Under the pieces are notes generated by a model. That model searched no databases. It was not told the DNA's origin and worked only from the letters and a program-made list of their open reading frames with translations. Of a stretch of 36,304 nucleotides of DNA, positions 30,044 to 36,304 are shown piece by piece; position 1 is the stretch's first letter, and every line of letters begins with the position of its first letter. The DNA lies in NCBI GenBank assembly GCA_044339175.1, contig JBIIVZ010000001.1:1-36304 (forward strand), in the 5' to 3' direction. The translations under genes and the position numbers were made by a program. The stretch is from Roseateles sp. (GTDB lineage: Bacteria > Pseudomonadota > Gammaproteobacteria > Burkholderiales > Burkholderiaceae_C).

Positions 30044-30204
30044 CGATTGTCGATTCCCGCCCAATCCATGCCTGCCCTCAACCCAAAATCACAATCAACA
30101 ATCGTTGAGTGCTTGGCATGTGTCCATCGCCGCAGTGAATGTGCCTGCGCGACAACAGCAACAGCAGCGGGAACCCAGAATTTTCAACATCACGGAGTTT
30201 TCCC

Positions 30205-32625
30205 ATGTCCACACGCTTTGATGCGGCCGCCCTGGTCGTTCCCTTTGAGAATCTGAGGATGTCCGACGTCGAGGTGGTCGGCGGCAAGAACGCCAGCCTC
30301 GGCGAGATGATTTCCCAACTGGCCGCCACGGATGTGCGCGTGCCCGGCGGCTTTGCCACCACGGCCCACGCGTTCCGGGAGTTCCTGGCCTACGAGGGTC
30401 TGGACAAGCGCATCGAAGCGCGCTTGAGCACGCTCAACACCGACGACGTGCGCGCCTTGGCCGAAGCCGGCACCGAGATTCGCGCTTGGCTTGAAGCACA
30501 GCCGTTCCCCGCTGACCTGGAGGCGCAGATCCGCAGCGCTTTTGCGACCCTGACGGTGGAGCATCCCGACGTGTCATTTGCGGTGCGCTCATCCGCCACC
30601 GCCGAAGACCTGCCCGACGCCTCGTTCGCCGGTCAGCAGGAGTCGTTCCTGAATGTGGTCGGCATCGAAGAAGTGCTGCACAAGATGAAGGAAGTGTTTG
30701 CCTCGCTCTACAACGACCGGGCCATCAGCTACCGCGTCCACAAGGGCTTTGCCCACGCCGATGTGGCGCTGTCCGCTGGCGTGCAGCGCATGGTGCGCTC
30801 GGATCTGGGTGCGGCCGGCGTGGTCTTCACCATCGACACCGAGTCCGGTTTCAAAGATGTGGTGTTCATCACATCCAGTTATGGCCTGGGCGAAACGGTG
30901 GTGCAGGGGGCCGTCAATCCGGACGAGTTCTATGTCCACAAGCCGGCCCTGGCGCGCGGCAAGCTGCCCATCATCCGGCGCAATTTGGGCTCCAAGCTGA
31001 TCCGCATGGAGTTCAGCTCGGCCGAAGAAAAGGCGGCCACCGGCAAGTTGGTGAGGACGGTGGACACGGCCCCCGAGGCGCGCAACCGCTACTCGCTGGC
31101 AGATGCCGAAGTGATCGAGTTGGCTCGCTACGCTTGCGTGATCGAGCAGCATTACGGTCGCCCGATGGACATCGAATGGGGTCGCGATGGCCTCGACGGC
31201 AAGATCTACATCCTGCAGGCTCGGCCTGAGACAGTGAAAAGCCAAGCGGCCGGTCAAGTCGAGCACCGCTACAAGTTGAAGGGTGACCCGACCAAGACCG
31301 GCACCGTGTTGGCCGAAGGCCGCGCGATCGGCCAGAAGATCGGTACTGGCCCGGTTCGTCTGGTCTCCAACATCAGCGAGATGGACCGGGTCCAGCCCGG
31401 TGATGTGCTGGTCACCGACATGACCGATCCGAACTGGGAGCCGGTGATGAAGCGGGCCTCGGCCATTGTGACCAACCGTGGCGGGCGCACGTGCCACGCC
31501 GCCATCATTGCGCGCGAACTGGGCATTCCGGCCGTGGTCGGCTGCGGCGACGCGACCGAGACTTTGAAGGACGGGCAATTGGTGACGGTCGTTTGCTCCG
31601 AGGGCGATACCGGCTTTGTCTACGACGGCCTGCTGGAAACCGAGGTCAGCGAGGTGCACCGCGGCGAACTGCCGTACTGCCCGATCAAGATCATGATGAA
31701 TGTGGGCAACCCGCAGTTGGCCTTCAACTTTGCCCAGATGCCCAGCGCTGGCGTGGGCTTGGCACGGCTTGAATTCATCATCAACAACAACATCGGTGTG
31801 CACCCGAAGGCCATCCTCGACTACCCGAATATCGACGCCGACTTGAAAAAGGCAGTCGAATCGGTGGCGCGCGGCTATGCCTCGCCACGGGCGTTTTATG
31901 TCGACAAATTGGTTGAAGGCATCGCGACGATTGCGGCCGCTTTCTTCCCGCGTCCGGTGATCGTGCGTTTGTCTGACTTCAAGAGCAACGAGTACCGCAA
32001 GCTGATCGGCGGCTCGCGCTATGAGCCTGATGAAGAGAACCCGATGTTGGGCTTCCGTGGTGCATCGCGCTACATCAGCGGCGAGTTCAGCGACGCCTTC
32101 GCGATGGAATGCGAGGCATTGAAGCGGGCGCGCAACGAGATGGGCCTCTCCAACATCGAAATCATGGTGCCGTTCGTGCGCACCGTGCGCCAGGCCGAGC
32201 GAGTTGTCACCATGCTGGCCGAGCGCGGGCTCAAGCGTGCGGCGGCGGGCGGGCAAGACGGCTTGCGCGTCATCATGATGTGCGAAGTGCCCAGCAACGC
32301 CATCTTGGCCGAGGCCTTCCTGGAGCACTTCGACGGCATGTCGATTGGCTCGAACGACCTGACTCAGCTGACGCTGGGCCTGGACCGGGATTCCGGGCTG
32401 GAGCAACTGGCAGGTGACTTCGACGAGCGTGATCCTGCGGTCAAGGCCTTGATCTCGCGTGCCATCAGCGCTTGCCGCGCCACCGGCAAATACATCGGTA
32501 TCTGCGGCCAAGGCCCCAGCGACCATCCGGACTTTGCGGACTGGCTGGCCGATGAGGGGATTGGTTCGATTTCCCTGAACCCGGACTCGGTGATCGAAAC
32601 CTGGCAGCGTCTGGCCAGTCGCTGA
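30205..32625 (+). CDS. ppsA: Phosphoenolpyruvate synthase
   Basis: [34 protein letters not shown] (phospho-His), [25 protein letters not shown] 30205 follows GGAG. Confidence 0.98.
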   Translation: MSTRFDAAALVVPFENLRMSDVEVVGGKNASLGEMISQLAATDVRVPGGFATTAHAFREFLAYEGLDKRIEARLSTLNTDDVRALAEAGTEIRAWLEAQPFPADLEAQIRSAFATLTVEHPDVSFAVRSSATAEDLPDASFAGQQESFLNVVGIEEVLHKMKEVFASLYNDRAISYRVHKGFAHADVALSAGVQRMVRSDLGAAGVVFTIDTESGFKDVVFITSSYGLGETVVQGAVNPDEFYVHKPALARGKLPIIRRNLGSKLIRMEFSSAEEKAATGKLVRTVDTAPEARNRYSLADAEVIELARYACVIEQHYGRPMDIEWGRDGLDGKIYILQARPETVKSQAAGQVEHRYKLKGDPTKTGTVLAEGRAIGQKIGTGPVRLVSNISEMDRVQPGDVLVTDMTDPNWEPVMKRASAIVTNRGGRTCHAAIIARELGIPAVVGCGDATETLKDGQLVTVVCSEGDTGFVYDGLLETEVSEVHRGELPYCPIKIMMNVGNPQLAFNFAQMPSAGVGLARLEFIINNNIGVHPKAILDYPNIDADLKKAVESVARGYASPRAFYVDKLVEGIATIAAAFFPRPVIVRLSDFKSNEYRKLIGGSRYEPDEENPMLGFRGASRYISGEFSDAFAMECEALKRARNEMGLSNIEIMVPFVRTVRQAERVVTMLAERGLKRAAAGGQDGLRVIMMCEVPSNAILAEAFLEHFDGMSIGSNDLTQLTLGLDRDSGLEQLAGDFDERDPAVKALISRAISACRATGKYIGICGQGPSDHPDFADWLADEGIGSISLNPDSVIETWQRLASR

Positions 32626-32792
32626 TCGACCCTCAGCCCCGCATTGGGGCTGATTATCTTCATCAAACGAGTGGCCCTGATGGGTTGCTCGCCTGTGGTG
32701 CGGGGCGGGTTCGTTGGGATCGACGCGGGCCGCCCCCGCTCACATGATGAGCGCTTGCCACCAGCCGCGAGGCCATCAGCGCGCCGATCCCC

Positions 32793-34916
32793 ATGTCGTC
32801 CAATACCTCAGTCAACGCCTCAGCCGGTTCCAATAGGGTGGCCGCTGGCGTGGCAGTCAGCATGAGTCCGCAGCTGAACCGCATTTACGCCTGGTACACG
32901 CTCGGCTTTGTGCTGTTTGTGTTGGCGCTGGCGCTGCTGGAGCGTTGGGGCTTGCCGAAGAGCTGGATCGGCTTCAGCTTTCTGGCGGCCACCGTGGGCG
33001 TGTATGCCGGCATCGGCTTGCTGAGCCGCACCACCGACACCGACGAGTACTACGTCGCTGGCCGGCGTGTACCGGCGCTTTACAACGGCCTGGCGGCTGG
33101 AGCCGACTGGATGAGCGCCGCTTCCTTCATCGGCATGGCCGGCACGCTTTATTTGTCTGGCTACGGCGGTTTAGCCTTCGTGCTCGGTTGGACCGGCGGC
33201 TTTTGCCTGGTGGCACTTTGCTTGGCACCTTATTTGCGCCAATTCGGCCAGTTCACCATTCCTGACTTTCTGGGGGCCCGCTACGGCGGCCGGGCACCGC
33301 GTTTGATCGGCGCGGCCGCCGCCATTCTGGTGTCCTTCATCTACGTGGTGGCACAAATTTACGGCGTCGGCCTGATTACCTCGCGCCTGACCGGCTTGGC
33401 GTTCGAGATCGGCGTATTCGTCGGCTTGGGTGGTGTGTTGGTGTGCTCGTTCTTGGGCGGCATGCGGGCCGTCACCTGGACGCAAGTGGCGCAATACATT
33501 GTTTTGATCGTGGCCTATCTGGTGCCCGTCGCTTGGCTTTGCGTGGAGCAAACCGGGCTGCCGTTCCCGCAACTGGTGTATGGCTATCAATTGCAGCAGA
33601 TCAGCCAGCGCGAGCAGCAATTGCTGGTTGACCCGTTGGAGCTGCAAGTGCGTGAGGTGTTCACTCAGCGCGCCGCCAGCTTCGAGCACAAATTGCAGGA
33701 CGTGCCAGTGACGCTGGCGCGCGAGCGCATTCAGGCCGCCCGGCAAGTGGCCGCGCTGAAGGCGGCCGACGCGCCGCTGGCGGAAATCCAGGCGGCGGAA
33801 AAAAGGCAGGCCCTGCTGCCGCGCACGCCCGCCGAGGCGCGCGATCAATGGGAGCGCGCACGAGCGGCCAACGAGGCGCGGGCGCTGCCGCTGGCCGGCA
33901 TGCCGCCACACGCCCAGGCGTTTGCCGGCGACCCGGACGGGACTCCGCCGCAGCGCCTGCAATTCGATGAATCGCGGCGCAATTTCCTGGCGCTGGTGTT
34001 TTGTTTGATGGTGGGCACCGCCGGTCTGCCGCATATCCTGATGCGTTACTACACGACGCCCACCGTGCGTGAGGCGCGGGAATCGGTCGCTTGGTCGCTG
34101 TTCTTTATCTCGCTGCTCTATTTCACCGCGCCGGCTCTGGCGGTGATGGTCAAGTACGAGGTGTTCAATCACTTGGTCGGGACGCCGTTTGATCAACTGC
34201 CGGCCTGGATCGCGCAGTGGACGCGGGTCGATCCGGGGCTGTTATCGGTCAGCGATGTGAACGGTGACGGGGTGCTGCAACTGGGTGAGATGCGCATCAG
34301 CAGCGACATCATCATGCTGGTCACGCCTGAGTTGGCGGGCTTGCCGTATGTGGTGTCGGGCATGGTCGCAGCGGGCGGCTTGGCGGCGGCGTTGTCCACA
34401 GCCGACGGCTTGTTGCTGACAATCTCGGCGGCGCTGTCGCACGACATTTATTTCCGGGTCATCAACCCGGCCGCCACCACCACCCGGCGGGTCACCATGT
34501 CCAAAGCGTTGCTGCTCATCACGGCGCTGGCAGCCGCTGCGATTGCGGCGCAAAAGCCGGCCGATATTCTGTTCATGGTTGCGGCCGCGTTTTCCATCGC
34601 GGGGGCAGCGTTTTTTCCGGCCTTGGTGCTGGGCATTTTCTGGCGACGAGCCAACGCCTGGGGCGCGGTGACCGGCATGCTGGTGGGTTTGGGCGTGACT
34701 TGTTACTACATCCTGTCTACCCATCCGCCGCTGCGCCTGGCGCTAGGCATCTTGGGGCCGCCGCAGTTGTGGTGGGGGATTCAGCCGATTTCGGCCGGGC
34801 TGTTCGGCGTGCCGGCGGGCTTTGCTGCGGTGTTCCTGATCAGTTGGCTGACACCCGCGTCCAAGCCGCCGCAGCTCGCGATGTTGAGTCATCTGCGCAG
34901 CCCGCCTCTTGCTTGA
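32793..34916 (+). CDS. Sodium:solute symporter, ActP-like (VC_2705-type)
   Basis: YYVAGR, NGLAAGADWMSAASF, FTIPDFLGARY, GGMRAVTWTQV, GTAGLPHILMRYYT, AAALSTADGLL. The start may instead be ATG 32862. Confidence 0.9.
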   Translation: MSSNTSVNASAGSNRVAAGVAVSMSPQLNRIYAWYTLGFVLFVLALALLERWGLPKSWIGFSFLAATVGVYAGIGLLSRTTDTDEYYVAGRRVPALYNGLAAGADWMSAASFIGMAGTLYLSGYGGLAFVLGWTGGFCLVALCLAPYLRQFGQFTIPDFLGARYGGRAPRLIGAAAAILVSFIYVVAQIYGVGLITSRLTGLAFEIGVFVGLGGVLVCSFLGGMRAVTWTQVAQYIVLIVAYLVPVAWLCVEQTGLPFPQLVYGYQLQQISQREQQLLVDPLELQVREVFTQRAASFEHKLQDVPVTLARERIQAARQVAALKAADAPLAEIQAAEKRQALLPRTPAEARDQWERARAANEARALPLAGMPPHAQAFAGDPDGTPPQRLQFDESRRNFLALVFCLMVGTAGLPHILMRYYTTPTVREARESVAWSLFFISLLYFTAPALAVMVKYEVFNHLVGTPFDQLPAWIAQWTRVDPGLLSVSDVNGDGVLQLGEMRISSDIIMLVTPELAGLPYVVSGMVAAGGLAAALSTADGLLLTISAALSHDIYFRVINPAATTTRRVTMSKALLLITALAAAAIAAQKPADILFMVAAAFSIAGAAFFPALVLGIFWRRANAWGAVTGMLVGLGVTCYYILSTHPPLRLALGILGPPQLWWGIQPISAGLFGVPAGFAAVFLISWLTPASKPPQLAMLSHLRSPPLA

Positions 34917-34950
34917 CATAAAAAACATACAGCGTGCTGCAAGAAGCGGC

Positions 34951-35059
34951 TAGAATCTTGGGTTCCGCCTTGCCGTGACCACGTGACCGTCTGCTAATTA
35001 CAGAGTGGCTCGGCTTCCTCAGGCCAGAGAAATCTGCCTGGAATCCACAAGGAGTATTT
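34951..35059 (+). promoter_or_regulatory. rpsF promoter -10 and structured leader (probable S6:S18 autoregulatory motif)
   Basis: TAGAAT at 34951-34956; CCTTG near 34968 can pair with CAAGG of the SD; AATCCA precedes the SD (CCR motif); internal hairpins GCCG..CCAC/GTGG..CGGC. Confidence 0.5.
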
Positions 35060-35422
35060 ATGCGTCACTATGAAATCGTGCTGCTGATCCATCCGGATCA
35101 AAGCGAACAAGTTCCGGCCATGCTGGAGCGTTACAAGACACTGATCACCAGCGGTGGCGGTGTTGTGACCCGTGTTGAAGATTGGGGCCGCCGTCAAATG
35201 GCTTACCTGATCCAGAAGCTGGCTAAAGCACATTACCTGTGCTTGAACATCGAGTGCAGCAATGCAACTTTGATCGAGCTGGAAACTGGCTTTCGCTTCA
35301 ACGATGCCGTGCTGCGCCACCTGACGGTGTTGACGCCCAAGGCTGTGACCGCACCTTCAGTGATGATGAAGACTGTGGATCGCGAAGAAGCCCGCAAGGC
35401 TCCGCAAGCAGCAACTGCCTAA
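35060..35422 (+). CDS. rpsF: 30S ribosomal protein S6
   Basis: [39 protein letters not shown]. Confidence 0.99.
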   Translation: MRHYEIVLLIHPDQSEQVPAMLERYKTLITSGGGVVTRVEDWGRRQMAYLIQKLAKAHYLCLNIECSNATLIELETGFRFNDAVLRHLTVLTPKAVTAPSVMMKTVDREEARKAPQAATA

Positions 35423-35494
35423 ATCAGGCTCCAAGCCAAGTGTTTGCACCGGTTGACAGCATGGACTGCAGCGCAAGATCGCTCTGACTCAAAT

Positions 35495-35782
35495 TTGAAT
35501 CAGCTGATTTTGCAAGCGCAGTTGCTGGAACTGGGTTTGGTCAGATATACGCCCGCCGGGCTGATTGCCCTGGATCTCAGCTTGAAGCATGAGGGTCAGG
35601 TGCAAGAAGCCGGTAAGCCTCGCAAGGTTTCCATGGAGATCAAAGCGGTGGCGGTTGGCGAGACGGCCAAGCTGCTCCAAGCCTTGGGTGTTGGGGGAAC
35701 AGCCCGCTTTTCGGGCTTCCTCAGCAACCAGCGCAACGGACGTGGAGTTATTTTCCACATCACCGCTCTGGAGAGTGTGTAA
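35495..35782 (+). CDS. priB: Primosomal replication protein PriB
   Basis: NQLIL, RYTPAG, LKHEGQVQEAG, FSGFL, IFHI; lies between rpsF and rpsR. TTG 35495 taken as start. Confidence 0.92.
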   Translation: MNQLILQAQLLELGLVRYTPAGLIALDLSLKHEGQVQEAGKPRKVSMEIKAVAVGETAKLLQALGVGGTARFSGFLSNQRNGRGVIFHITALESV

Positions 35783-35827
35783 GCACCGAATTGTTCGAAT
35801 CCGGATCTAAATTAAAGAGGTCATACG

Positions 35828-36118
35828 ATGGCTCCACCACGTGGTAAAGGCCGCTTCTCGAAAGATAAGAAGCCAAAGCGCAACACTCAATCGTTGCTGT
35901 TCCGTCGCAAGCGTTTCTGCCGCTTCACCGTCACTGGTGTTGAGCAGATCGACTACAAAGACATCGATACATTGCGCGACTTCGTCGGCGAAAACGGCAA
36001 GATCACGCCCGCTCGCTTGACCGGTACGCGCGCTTTCTTCCAGCGCCAGTTGACTGTGGCAATCAAGCGTGCGCGTTTCCTCGCCATGCTGCCGTACAGC
36101 GACCAGCACAAGGTTTGA
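35828..36118 (+). CDS. rpsR: 30S ribosomal protein S18
   Basis: [42 protein letters not shown]. Confidence 0.99.
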   Translation: MAPPRGKGRFSKDKKPKRNTQSLLFRRKRFCRFTVTGVEQIDYKDIDTLRDFVGENGKITPARLTGTRAFFQRQLTVAIKRARFLAMLPYSDQHKV

Positions 36119-36131
36119 GGACACACTGACC

Positions 36132-36304
36132 ATGCAAATTATTCTGCTTGAAAAAGTGGCCAATCTGGGCAATCTTGGCGACGTCGTCAATGTCAAGAAC
36201 GGTTATGCCCGCAACTTCCTGATCCCTACTCGCCAGGCACGTCGTGCCACCGAGTCCGCGATCAAGGAATTTGAAGTCAAACGTGCTGACCTTGAAAAAG
36301 CTGC
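36132..36304 (+). CDS. rplI: 50S ribosomal protein L9, 5' part (truncated by window end)
   Basis: [32 protein letters not shown]; follows rpsR. Confidence 0.97.
   Translation, partial: MQIILLEKVANLGNLGDVVNVKNGYARNFLIPTRQARRATESAIKEFEVKRADLEKA

Noticed and set aside
30589-32526. Long antisense ORFs (also opposite purA, rnr, bamA, lpxD, hflC and tsf)
   Set aside because: Shadow ORFs expected from GC-rich codon bias opposite conserved genes; no motifs.
34913-34918. Perfect TTGACA as the -35 of the rpsF promoter
   Set aside because: It lies 32 bp from TAGAAT, has no -10 at 16-18 bp, and overlaps the symporter stop codon.

Overview
GC-rich core chromosomal region of a betaproteobacterium. Gene order and protein style suggest Burkholderiales, probably the Rubrivivax/Roseateles/Paucibacter group (inference). 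Gene order: hfq(3' end)-hflX-hflK-hflC-[frameshifted DUF2065]-hisZ-purA-phosphoribosyltransferase; tRNA-Leu(CAG) divergent from rnr; nnr and a DadA-like oxidoreductase on the minus strand; rpsB-tsf-pyrH-frr-uppS-cdsA-dxr-rseP-bamA-skp-lpxD-fabZ-lpxA-lpxB-rnhB-TrmH family; ppsR/ppsA; a sodium:solute symporter; rpsF-priB-rpsR-rplI(5' end). I found no transposase, integrase, phage, CRISPR or defence genes. The unusual signals are mostly intergenic. (1) A CCTAG-ended, MITE-like palindromic element occurs twice in the lpx operon, each copy ending a few nt before a start codon and carrying a GGAGG-led short ORF that ends at that start. In one copy the ORF frame depends on a 7-bp tandem repeat. (2) A 50-bp tandem duplication differs only by a compensatory base pair. 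(3) There are also decayed genes, short tandem repeats, and a DadA-like protein with eroded C-terminal motifs. All calls come from reading the sequence by eye; no searches were run.
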